NCBI RefSeq assembly: GCF_009914755.1
Contig: NC_060937.1
Strand: one strand, 5' to 3'
Length of the DNA stretch: 64,000 nucleotides
From: the human T2T-CHM13v2.0 reference genome, Homo sapiens
Part shown: in pieces, positions 51,728 through 64,000 of the stretch
Layout: every line of letters begins with the position of its first letter
Numbering within the stretch: position 1 is the first letter of the stretch
Program-made: the position numbers and the translations under genes
The notes under the pieces: model-generated
What the model saw: the letters and a program-made list of their open reading frames with translations, nothing else
Database searches by the model: none
Told to the model about the DNA's origin: nothing

Positions 51728-54700
51728 AGACGGTGCTTAATTATTTTCTACTTTACAGATGTGCCAGTCTAATGACCACCTGCTACTTGTTTTATGGAAC
51801 AAGTTCATAGATATTTTCAACCAGAAGACTGATGACTATCATCAGTTAACAAAAAGTTTCTTCTATTGTTTTGGATGATTTATTTCCTTCCACTTTTTTC
51901 TTTCCTATACCACTGGACATTTTATTATAAAGATGTGGGTATGGCTCTTTCATCTGATATTTTCTGTTTTCGTACGTTGTGCTTTACATTCTAGAAGATC
52001 TCCGCAGCCTTACACGCTAAATCAGTACATAATGTACATTTTTAGCTGCGAGAATAATTATTATTAGAAAGGCCAGGTGGAAATTTTTGGAAGTGTGCTT
52101 CACTATCAAAAAAGTAAACCAAAGACCAGCAAAAATAGAAGTACTTATTATATTACTACAGCGCCTAGAATATTTTAAAAGCCAAGTAAGAAAGTTCTTC
52201 TACATTCCCACTTAATCATCTTTTGGATTTTTGCTGTGCATCTTGAAGAACTGCCATAAATTAATGTAGGCAAAATTAGGTAGTGACTCCAATTTCAACT
52301 TATGTTTCATATACAGACTCTTTGGTGGGATAAATCAATAAAGCTAAGTATCTGGCAAATAACCAATGATTTTGTAAATGACTTCTGTCTATAAAAATAC
52401 ACAGGAGAAAATAGAGGCAATCTCTTTTCTCATGGACAATGACAACAAAGTACCTTCATTCAAAGCTATAACTTTGCTCTGGCCTTTATCACTTTTCCAG
52501 CTCTGCTTTATGTGCAAGGGCCTTCATTATGCTGACCCACAGCACTGGTGATCTAAAGATGAAAGTATCATACATAAAAATTTAAAGCCCCCCCACCTCA
52601 TTGAAACGTCTGAGCTGCAGGTTTCTGAGGCATGTTAACATAGCTCCTTCAAAGTGAATAACAAATTGATTTGTCCTGAGCCCAGTATCAATAAGAAAGT
52701 GTTACAAGACAAGTCTCTGTATTTTGAGTCAACATGTACCGAATTTGCATGTATTGCTCTAGTTCATTCATATAATGACCATTAATAGTCTCAGCATAAA
52801 GAGATACCTAGAGCAAGAAAGTGTTCTCCAGCTTTTCTGGGATGCAGTGCTAACAGAGTTTTAATTTAGCCTGGAACCAACTGTGCTTGAAGTGTCTATT
52901 GCAGACGGTATGCTTTATGTAACCTTAGGCACACACTAATAGAAGAAACATAGAGTAGGTTCTGATAGTTTTAGAGCAAAGCAAACAATATCATCTTAGA
53001 AAATGAATATTTCCTTTTAATTAGCTAGTGAATTCTGGTAATTTGAAATTGCTTCCAGAAGTTAAGACTAGAGCCTACACTTCCAGCTATTCCAAAAAAG
53101 TTTTAATCACCTGATGCTTGCTTATGTATCCCTGTCTTTCCAAATTATCTATTCTGTTATATACCATGAAATCTGAACCAAGAAACCATGTCTTTATGGT
53201 GCAGCTCAAATTCCCACTCCTATAAAAGGCACATCTGAATTGACTCAATTGGAAATTTTATCTTCCTTGGTCAGCTATCACATAGTACTTAAATTCTACC
53301 TTTCAAAAACACTTATTATATTATTCTCATGCGTGTTAGTGTTCTTATTTTATTGAGATGGTGAGCACTGCTCCTAATAGAATCTCCTACATAAACGTAG
53401 TCATATTAGTTCAGCATGATACCCAATACTGTATCAAAATATGTCTAATTTCATATATATGAATTCCAAATTCAGTAAGTAATGTTAATAAGCTTTCTTT
53501 TAATATCCTAAATTGTTTATCACCAATTAGATGATGAAATAAGTTTTCAAATAAAACTACATTTTTTAGGAAGGGGAGAAAGAGAAATCCAAATGTTCTC
53601 CCCAAAATGCCTATCTCGTCAATAAAATTAGATATAGTGAGCCTATTTTCCATATTAAGCATTATTTATTTTTTTAGTTTAGTAAAGATAAAGGAGCATG
53701 ATAAACATTATATAATATTTATTTTCCTGAAAACATCAATTCATTGATGTTAAGGTATAATACTGAAGTGTGGTATATGTTGAAAAATTAACATGCTTGG
53801 ATAAGCATCCAAATATTTTATGTTTAAAAGTCTCTACCATAAGATGTTTTTGCTATTAAACAATAGAAATAATGAAAGAAAATTTTGTGATTTACTTGAT
53901 TCTAAATTCTTAAAATAAAACAATTTGTCTGCATATTTTGCACATTCATTCTAAATCTACCACTGTAGTTCACACATAGAAGTATTCATAGTAGTGGTGA
54001 GAGAATGGGTCTCAGGATTGCAGAACCAGTGTCTTGAGTAAGAATGATAAAACCTGGAAAAACAAAAGGATTAGACATTTTTAAATGTGCTCATTAATTT
54101 GCAACCCATTCTGCTCAGGAATTTTAGAATAGCTCTTGATATTTAGTGAATGGTGAAGTTATGTAAGAAAAAAAATGCTGATCAAAATCGACCCTACTAG
54201 AATTTATTTTTATTGCTCTCTCTTCTGCCACTTGCTATAGATGCTGAGCTTGGAACAGGCACATCATCTTGAGTATGGAAAAATGGCTGCTAAAGCAGAC
54301 ATATTCCAGGATTATTTTTAATTTTATTGTCTTTGTGAAGGATGTACAAAATATGAAGCTTTAACATCAAATAAGTCACTTATTATATTAATATTGAATA
54401 ATAATTTTCAAAGGACCATAAGATATTGATGACATCCTCCTGTTAAAAAGGCTTTTGTGATTCAAAACACTGAAATTTTACCATTCATCACTTTGAGATG
54501 CCAACTTCAAAGATTAAGAAATCCTCCTCATTGCCCTTAAGTATGGGATAAAAATACTATTTAAAAATAGAAATGTATAATTTTTATACTGTGAAAATTT
54601 AGAAGTACATATTCTGAGCTAATAATTGGTAGCATTTTATGTACCATTACCTACAAGACATTATAGGAAACACTTTGTGAATCACTATTTTGATTGCTTG

Positions 54701-55419
54701 GATGTTGTCACAGATAGGATAAACTGAAATAAACATTGATCAATTTATGAGGACTAGTGAAAAAAATATCTTTTTGGAATTAATAGAAAGAAATAAGAGT
54801 ATTTACCAAATGATCTTGCAGTCAACTTTGTGGTTATAGGATGCTTAAAATCTACATCTGAAAAGCATATTAAAATTGAGTGCTCTCATTTTGTGTACTA
54901 AGCCCTTCTGCTTCATTTAATTATTTGTACTTACATTTTAACTTTGAAATTATTCTTTCATTCATTCATTAGATTTCATGTATCATTGAATGCTCCAATT
55001 AATTCTTCTTTACTTCGTCAAATGTCACTTAATGATTAACATATTGACCTAGTCAATGATAATACTTACTGACCACTATGTGGTAAAAACGTTAAAAATA
55101 TAAAATTGGTCAAGAAGTTGTATCAAATATTACAAATGTACTACTTTCACTCAAATGCATGATATTGCTTTTACTGCACACTCTGGCATTTTTGCTGTCG
55201 TTGTTGTCCCTATACTGGATATCTACAGGAACTAGTCCAGACATTCTGACACATCTGCAAACCTGAATGTGGAAAGAGTTAACAGCCCATGAGGATCTCA
55301 TGTTTTAATCTCTTGCCACTTTTAAGTTCTTGAATAAATGATCATTTATTTTAAGCTTATTTTAAATGGAAAACAATCTGTATTTCAATTCATATTCTTA
55401 ACTCCTGCTTAATTTATTA

Positions 55420-55595
55420 CGATTGTCAAACTCATAATCTAGTTATTTATCTTATCTGTATTCCCACCAGACCTCATATGGAAATAAACTCCAAGGTGGC
55501 AAGATATCAGTCTTTTTGTTAATTTTTGTCTCCTTACTGCACAGAAAATTTCCTGGTATATAAATATTCAATAACTATTTGTTGAATGAATTAAT
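55420..55595 (+). mobile_element. L2a 3' end
   Basis: 'taaactccaaggtggcaag...cctggtatataaatattcaataactatttgttgaatgaat'. Confidence 0.7.
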
Positions 55596-55604
55596 AGAAT
55601 AATA

Positions 55605-55885
55605 TTGAAATGGCAAACACAGGAGGCATAAGTATTTGAATGCGAAGACAGGGGATATGAATGAGATAAAATGTTGAGTTTTTGGCCTGATGTAAGATGC
55701 TAATGGGAAGGTGGTTCTGAGTATGAGCAATCATATCTGGACGCAAGATAAATATTTCAAAATTCATACCTTAGAAATATTCATTAAAGTCATTGGAACA
55801 AAGTAGATAATTAACCATAGCGCTATAATGGGGAAGAAAGGGAAATGAGCTTCGAACTCTGAAGAATGCTATTATTTGAAAAATC
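55605..55885 (-). mobile_element. L2 fragment
   Basis: 'atgttgagttt...tctggacgcaagataaatatttc...attaaagtcattggaac...gaactctgaagaatgc'. Confidence 0.45.
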
Positions 55886-56024
55886 CATTGAAAAACTGCT
55901 TACAACTTTTCCACAAAGGAAGATAGCACGATATTATAAAATTCAATTAAAAAAGCAATAAAAGTCTATCAAAAGCTAAGAAGCAGCATCACCAATGCTG
56001 TTTGTCAAAAAAGATAGATTGTGA

Positions 56025-57515
56025 ACAGTCAAGTATTTTGTAAAATGTTCACCAATGGGGAATTTTCTGATATTTTTCCTAAAATTAGACTTGGGTTATG
56101 GGTTTTTTGGAGGAACAGCATTGAGGTCAAACACTAGTCTCATCACCATCCTATCAAATGTACGTTATGTAAACATTACTTGTCACTGTTGACGTTAACC
56201 CTGATCTCCTATTTGAAATAGTGAGTGTCATATTTCACTACAATAAGCTATGTTTTTCCCCTTTTCCAAACAATACTCTTTGGAAGAAAGTCATTATGTG
56301 TAGCCCACAGTTAAGAGTAGGAAGTTATGCTCCACTTCTTTGAAAATAGAATGTCCTCATAAATTACTTGGAATTCTTCATGGATGATTTCTATATTCTG
56401 CTTCATTTATTTTTTATTCTATCATTTATTTATATGAGTATGGACTTATGGATATTTATTTTATACTTTTGGTACAATCTAATACTTCTATATTTATTTT
56501 GCTGCTCACATTTTTCCACCATTGACCATGGGTAGCACTTTTACTTAGCCCTTACATCCCTTCGACATGCACTCATCATTGTTTTGTAGTTGTTCCTGCT
56601 GTCACTATTTATTTTAGTGTCTGCTACAAGATCTTTATGTTTATTTTCTATATTATCTTGTATATTTTCTGTTCTTGTCCTATAATCAACCATGTATCCA
56701 AGGAATTTTTTTTTAATTGAAGAATGGTATTAGGGACTAAGATCTTCATCCTCTTTGCTACTGAGGTGGCTTTGTTTCTCGGCCTTCTCAGCTGACACAA
56801 CAAGGAAATATATAAATGTAAATGTATATATAAATATAATTGTGTGTGTATATGTGTGTATATATAGATAGAGAGATACATCTATATCTATGTTAAGCAA
56901 AATATGAGTTTAAACTAAAGTGTTCAGCTCTAATTCATTACAATATGGATCATTCTGGACTCTTCTCCTTGCTTATGTGTAACCTCCAACTGTCTACTAG
57001 TGAGAAACCTAGCTCCTGCTATCTGCCATTCTTTTACTTAATTGTTCAAAACCAGCAAGTATCTATAGCGGTCTCACAGTTGTTTACTGCACTCCCATTG
57101 GAAATAACTTTATCAATTAGAGTACACTGTTTAAGAAGAGTTTCTTATGACTTTAGTCACAGACTCAGTCCATTTCTAAAGTTGCTTAGTTCAGCATCTC
57201 TTCTTTCTATCCTGTTCAGCCTGTTCAGTGAGATTATTTCAAGTGTATTTAATACAGTTAGATTGTTTTGTCACATTCTGCATTTAACTCTGCAATCTAC
57301 CCCCGATTTTAAATGATATTTTAATATTGCATAAAATATCTACTCTTTGTGTAGTAAAGGTCTATAAGTTTTGGTATATGCATAATATCAGCTATTCAAA
57401 ATTACTGTAGCATACAAAATAGTTTCATCACCCTAAACAATCTTCTGTGCCTCGCTTCTGTTGTTTTCCCCACCCTAAACAGCTTTCAGCCACAGATTGG
57501 TTTATCATCTCTATG
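56025..57515 (-). mobile_element. L1MC/L1MD long 3' UTR fragment
   Basis: 'attagacttgggttatgggttttt', 'ttggaagaaagtcattatgtgtagcccac', 'gagaaacctagctcc', 'aatagtttcatcaccctaaa'. Confidence 0.8.
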
Positions 57516-57858
57516 GTCCCTAGCTGTTTTTTAATAAAATAATATTTTTGCATTTTTGTTTATTCTTTCATAACATAAATAAATTCTCTAAATCTACAGC
57601 AGCAGGAGCCAAAATGCCATTTCTGAAATATATTTTACACAATATCCCTTTATGATGTAACATATTTTCTACAAATAACACAAATTTAAAACAAATCAGG
57701 GATTTGCCAATGAAAAGTACCCCACTTATTTTTAAATTATTCACAGGCCTTTTACAGCCTCTGAACTACATACAAATCACGAGTCATCAGGAATACAGAT
57801 TAAAATACTGAGAAATGTAGGAGTGACATATAGCTATAGCACATAATTATAAAAATTG

Positions 57859-58160
<302 letters not shown>

Positions 58161-59684
58161 TTATTATAAAAGTTAGAAGAAAGACACTAATACTGGGACT
58201 GTGTGGTTTTTAATATCCAAAACCAGGAAATATTGGACTATATACAAGACATACAGGATTTTATCCAAATATGAAATATCAAATATTCAGAGTTAACATG
58301 AATATGACATTAGTATAAACAAAGAATAGTTTTAACAATAGAAGATTGTAGCAAATTTGATATATGAAAGTCAGGAAGCAAAATTCCAGAGCATTATGTC
58401 AAATACTTATGGCTCAAAAGTAGGATATAATCTTTGTTTATTTATAAAGGCATCATTCCCAAAACAGGGCATTTGTGATGCTCCAAGTGAAGAAAAGATG
58501 GAAGAATTAATAGAACTTTGCAAGGGTTTTCTAAGGCACTACCCAATTCTAAACTTATTTCAGTCTTTTTCTTTCTGGGTTAATTGTCTTTAAGAGGAAG
58601 CCTCAATATCCTTGAATCAATTGGCATGCCAATGAAGATTCCTGGGATAATAAAAAATTCTTTGTTTTATATGGAGTAAAGAGGAGAGAGTACCAATCAT
58701 GCATAGACAAAAAGTTACTGATTATCAAAAAAGTGCCATGAATTTTGCTAGGCACAATCCAGATTTAAAAGACATATTTTCTGCTTTTAAGAAATCACAC
58801 ACAAATTGTTATGGCAGGAAAATAAATTAACAGTTACAAAATAACATAATAAATACCATGCAAAAAGTACAGTGAGAGCACTTAGCTTAGATAGACCTTA
58901 ATCTAGGAAGGTTGGATACCTTTAAATCTGAATTCGATATTTTTCATACTGGAGGATATCTATGTTTCAAACATGCATGCTACATTGGATTTTCCAGGAA
59001 GCAGAATAACTACCTCAACCATAATTCATGCTTCCTGATTTAACTGAGGCTGTTGGGATGAGGCTGAGGAAAAACAAGAACAGTCTTTATTATTATTGCA
59101 CCAGGTGATTATAACTGATGATTAACTATTGGATCATATGTAGGAGATCAGAGAGAGAAAAAAAGCGTGTGAATATTAGCTCAGAGTTATTCTGACCATA
59201 AAATGAGGCAATTCTGAAAGCAAGTTGAAATACAATGAAATATAAAGTACTATTTTGTAAAAGTTTACATTATGCATTCACAAAATTTCTGTTACCTGAC
59301 ACTTAAAGGGAGTGGAAATGAGTGCTAATGAATAATTTAATATTTCTACAGTTAATTAAAGTGTCTCAGGTGTTCTGCCTAATATCTTTTTCCTAGTTCT
59401 CCTTCTTATGATGTACAAAAAAGAAAGTATAAAATATTGTTCATGTAGTCTCCCACTACCTGTAAAAGCTTTCGCCAAAAAAATACTCTGTAAGAAAAAT
59501 TGAATTATCTTTTTTCTCTATTAAGAAATGGAATTATTTCTGATGTTTAGTAATGAGTTACACTACTTGCCTTTATGTGGACTAAATATTGTTATTTTTA
59601 TGTATATTTAAAAGTTGGACTAGGAAAGATTTGCAATGAAAGTTTAGGGTTGATGCTTCTAACAATTTTGTACTACTGTTTTAG

Positions 59685-59685
<1 letters not shown>

Positions 59686-59725
<40 letters not shown>
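59686..59725. repeat. (TA)n microsatellite
   Basis: Uninterrupted TA run of ~40 bp. Confidence 0.95.
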
Positions 59726-59727
<2 letters not shown>

Positions 59728-59919
59728 ATTAACAACTGTGGTGTCAATTTATTCATGTCAATATTTATTTTAAATAATAAAATTTCATGTTTGTTTGTAA
59801 GTGAAATAACTGAGATAATAAAAATACAAGATTATAACACCAAAAAAAAAAAAGAAAAAAGATAAATTGTAGGGACATTTTTTGAAAGAAAGCCTTTTAA
59901 GGGGAGAAGATGGGAGCCA

Positions 59920-60057
59920 AATAAGGGCTGAAAAATAAACTAGAGGTATAATGTTTGCTATTTAGGTGATGGGTACACTAGAAGCTCAAACCTAGTCATT
60001 ATGCAATATACCCATGTAACAAACCTGCACATGAATCTACAAAAATTAAAAAAAAAA
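59920..60057 (+). mobile_element. L1PA15-17-like 3' end
   Basis: 'ggtgatgggtacactagaagctcaaacc...atgcaatatacccatgtaacaaacctgcacatg' plus A tail. Confidence 0.8.
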
Positions 60058-61699
60058 TCTTATGGCCCACATAACCTTGATTTTCTCTGCTTTGAACATT
60101 TGAATTGAGTAATTTAGCAATATTAGACTCCACTCTAATGTTGATAAATGTCAGAACTTCACTGTTCTGTTTATACTCAAAAATGGTTTGTGCCATATTT
60201 CCACATATATTCTGATTTTGCCCCACATTTAATTGGGTACTTTTTGTTGCCCTGTTCTTTAAGAAGACCAAAAACAACATGACTGCCCTGACTGTAAAAG
60301 TGTTAGTAACCTTGACAGTTATAAAATATCTCTGTGCTCTTGTGTCAGGTAGAAGTCCAAGGTTTCTTTCCAGTTTTATACATTTCAGCAAGAAACAGTG
60401 CTCAAGTAAAATTGCAGAGAAATGGTGTAATTTATTATATTCCTGCCGGACGTTAATGATGTGCTAGCAAGTAATAGCACTTTTACTCACGGCAGATGAA
60501 GATACCAGTCTAAGATTACCGGTGGGAAGAAAACATGATGAAAAGGTCTATTTCAAAATAACATATCCAAATTAGAAATCCTTTCAGTGATATATAAGGC
60601 TGATAGTATAATGGTAGAATCTTTGGTTTTTTTTTTCCTTAGCAGTTATGAGATTCAGTTACTGAAAGAGCCTTGGTAAGATTCTGAAATTTTAGAGTTG
60701 TTGACTTATCAGAGAACCACAGCTTATCATGTAAATGTAATGCATGCAAATTTATAAAGATAAGAGACAGGCACTTTTATAATCTTACTGAAAGAGATAC
60801 TTGCTAGGTAAAATGAGAGCACCCTGAAACTTGTTTCTATTTATCGACTCACAGTGAATGTAAAGAATACAAATAAACTTTACTTGGAAATGAAGCAAAT
60901 AAATAGGAACTGAAGATTTTTCAATCCTGCAGGAAGGAAAATTCTCTTCAGATTTAAGAAAAAAAATATCCTAGAGGGGCTGGTAAAGAGAACAAAAGGA
61001 ATAAGAAAGTAGATGTCATATAATTTTAGGCCCTTTTCTGTCAGAGGAAAAGTTAAATGAATTAATCACGCAGAATTGAAACTGTCACTTGCTCATCTTT
61101 GACTATTGACCTGGCCAGGTATTCTTAGATCTGTTTCCTAAATTGTGCATCCTCCATTTCAGCAAACTTCATCTCCATTTCAACAACTAATTCCCCACTT
61201 TAGACCTTGTTATCAATATGAACTCTTCGAGGGTTGAAATATAAAACTCCATACTTCTCTTGTCCTTGGATAGGCTTACATATCTCTCAGTTTCACTATT
61301 TTTGTGCTCATATATTATTATGCTCTTCTAGTCCCTTAGCTTTTCTTTCCCCTTGCTCTTATGTTTCTATTCCCTCTGCCCTTTTCTTTCTTTTCTCCCG
61401 ACGTGTACACTTTGAGGCATTGCTTTAACTAAGATCCTCAGCTCTGACTGTCAACTCTCCACTCACACATCTGAAAAAATAATATTGTCCACATTTGTGA
61501 TTATTTCCCTGTTCTGTTGTAAAGTATTCCTAATGGTTAGCATTCTTTAATTTCAAAATCTACCTCTAAAAAACTATTCTCAAGGACTATTTCCTTGGGG
61601 AAATAATGATCATCTCTCATGACACTAATCAATTAACTTTCTTTTAGATATTGAATTACTTTACATCTTTGTTCACAATTATCTGTTTTCTTATGCAGA

Positions 61700-62740
61700 A
61701 AGGACTACCTCTTTCCAAGGACATCTTTCTAGACAGCTCTCCAGAACTTATCTCGATTTAGATGCTAAGAGACTTCTTAAACTTATTGTGTTTAATGCTG
61801 AACTTCTGATTTTCAGCTATCCTCACCCAAAATCTCCTCCACCCACAGTTTTCTTATTCTCACTAATATCAATGCTATTTTTCCATCTGTTTAGATAAAA
61901 AAATGCTGGTGTCATTTTTGACTCCTTTCTTTTACCCATAATCAGTTTTAATTTGGCAAGAAATCCTGTTGACTCTACCTCTTCAATATATCCAGAGATG
62001 AAATTAATACGGTATCAAATACAATTTCATGATTTTGATTATTAAGCCCTGATTATGTAAGAAAATGACTTTGTGTTTTGGAAAAACACATGGAAGTATG
62101 TAAGGCACAGTGTCATTATATCTACAAATTATTCCCAAATCATACGAAAAGAATAATGATAACATTTGTATGCACATGTAGATCAAAACAGATATAGATA
62201 CAGAAAAAAGAGGAAGAGAGAGAGAATGAAAGAAAATAAGAGATGAAGAAAGCCCAGTAAAGTGTTAACATTTGGGGAATTTTGCTGAAGTTTCAGGGCA
62301 ATTTTTGTACTATTTTTAGAACTTTGAAAGTCTGAAATTATTTCAAAATAAATATTTGAAAAATAAAATATATTATCTTAAGGAAACAACAAAAATGTGT
62401 ATATATAAATATATCCAGAATCCATATTTTTTCTTAGTCTATTCACTGCTAACCGTCTTGACTAAGCAATCATCACTCTCACAATTATAGCAATGGTTTT
62501 CTTACTTGTTTCTTCAGACCTGTTTATCCTTCCCCGACAATTGCTACAGTTTATTATCAACATAGCTACCATAATGATCTTTCAAAAGTATAATTGACAG
62601 CATGTCAACCCTCTGCAATAAACTGCAATGGTTCCCCCATTTCATTCGGGTGAAATTCAAAGGGTTACAATGACTTAAACCATCTTGCATAATCTCATTC
62701 CTCATTCTCTCTCTGATTCCATCTTCTTCTGTTTTGTGTT
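61700..62740 (+). mobile_element. L2a fragment interrupted by an L1M insertion
   Basis: 'gtcatttttgactcctttcttt...aaatcctgttgactctacctcttcaatatatccaga' resumes after the insertion with 'atcc...aactgcaatggttccccca'. Confidence 0.75.
61997..62407 (+). mobile_element. Old L1M (MC/ME) 3' end
   Basis: 'aaagtgttaacatttggggaat...tttttgtactattttt...tctgaaattatttcaaaataaa'. Perfect 12-bp TSD aatatatccaga at 61985-61996 and 62408-62419. Confidence 0.75.
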
Positions 62741-63599
62741 TCTCTGAATCTATAGGAAGCTCAGTGGTATTGCACATAGAAGTGGGCTGCTGGGATGGCA
62801 ATAGCTATGTATCTTCTAAAACTATCTTACATATCCTAGTGCGAGTAGTATCACGCTGTAAGAAAAACTACATAAAATTGTTACGCAGGTGGATATCCAC
62901 GTTTGGTATGGCCAAATAAACTAATATATATTCCTTGAGTACCCTGTATTTCCCAAATCATGTTATTTATTACACTTTTGTGTATTTTTAAAATTTATGT
63001 GTCTACTCTTAATTTGTAAGGTCTTCGATACCAGGGGTCTAGGAAAGTATTGTACATTACAAGGATCAAAATGTTAGTTTACTTAATATCCCACTGTTTT
63101 ACACTCATATTCTTTCTTCTAAACTTCTTTAGACTAATGAATACTTTTTAAGGGCTCTTCTTGAATTTAGATTTTTTTTAGACATCTAAGACTACCTTCA
63201 TAAGCCCCTATTTACAAGACTCTGAGCACAAATAATAACATCCTCTCCTCTACTTGAAACACTGCAATAGATACCACAACCAATCTAGGTTTCACTTATT
63301 CAGTCCTAAGTGATTTAGAAATAAATATTACATCTACTTGTTTAGGTTCCATACACAAATATCCAACTATTTCTATGTATTTCACATTGAATAAAACACC
63401 AACAAAAACAAAAAGTGAGTATCATGGGATGTGGCTGATGAGAATAAGAATTTTAAGTGTTATTAAGAACGGTAGATATTATATAAAAAAGATAAATTAT
63501 TTAACGGGGTTTCATGCTGTAACTGCAATGTGGGAAAGTATTGTTGGAAATCAAAATTTGAGGCAAATGTGCTATATGGGAAGTTAAAATGCAGTAGTT

Positions 63600-63830
63600 T
63601 ACACAAGAATTTATTGTAACCTGAACCAGGTTTTTGGGATTTAAAAAATGAATAAATAAATGTGAGAGATACTTAGTATATAGTATTGAGACATTGCCAT
63701 AATTAGTCATAGGGATGAGAGAGAAGTTAAAGATGGATTTCAGTTCTCTAACTTTGTGCACGTTTGCATTCAATGAAGAGTGAAGATGGAGCGAATAGCA
63801 AAGTTTTTGTCATGAGTGATGATATCTGCT
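63600..63830 (-). mobile_element. L2 fragment
   Basis: 'tgagagatactta...gggatgagagagaagttaaagatgg' resembles antisense L2. Confidence 0.4.
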
Positions 63831-64000
63831 TTTATTATTTTCTTTAATATTAGGCCAGTGAAAACAATATCTAAAAGACAATTTTAACAATATATCTGTG
63901 GCTCAAATATATGATCTGTGACTAATATATTAGATTATGGAATTCTAACACACATATGGGATCTTAAGCAGTGAGAATGAATGAGATGTTTGGGGAAAAG

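Noticed and set aside
62755-62780. tRNA-like A-box word 'agctcagtggta' as a tRNA gene
   Set aside because: No B box (GTTCRANNC) at a suitable distance and no cloverleaf stems

Overview
AT-rich, CpG-poor primate (very probably human) intergenic or intronic DNA. I see no intact protein-coding gene, RNA gene, CRISPR array or prokaryotic system. The ORF track is almost entirely chance or repeat-derived ORFs. The one gene-derived feature is an old, heavily mutated processed pseudogene of NFYA on the minus strand (~18.73-20.59 kb). This is probably the annotated human NFYAP1, which I recall lying in the 13q21 gene desert, but I cannot verify the location. It copies the exon-3-skipped short isoform (NF-YAs). 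It also appears to include the 5' leader with a CCAAT box and ~550 nt of 3' UTR, between diverged target-site duplications (TSDs). The rest is interspersed repeats. These are Alus (J, S, Y and a monomer), L1s (including a twin-primed 5'-inverted L1PA and an internally collapsed L1MB with both ends and a TSD), L2, MIR, LTRs (MER21, two MER67, MLT1, MLT2), DNA transposons (near-full Tigger1, Tigger2a, Tigger3a, MER44, MER2B, MER58A, MER45A) and microsatellites. Repeat subfamily names come from remembered consensus sequences and need RepeatMasker/Dfam confirmation, and boundaries of old repeats are approximate. I did not find a convincing previously undescribed biological system. The best leads are the NFYA retrocopy, the collapsed L1MB and two motif-rich unique segments.
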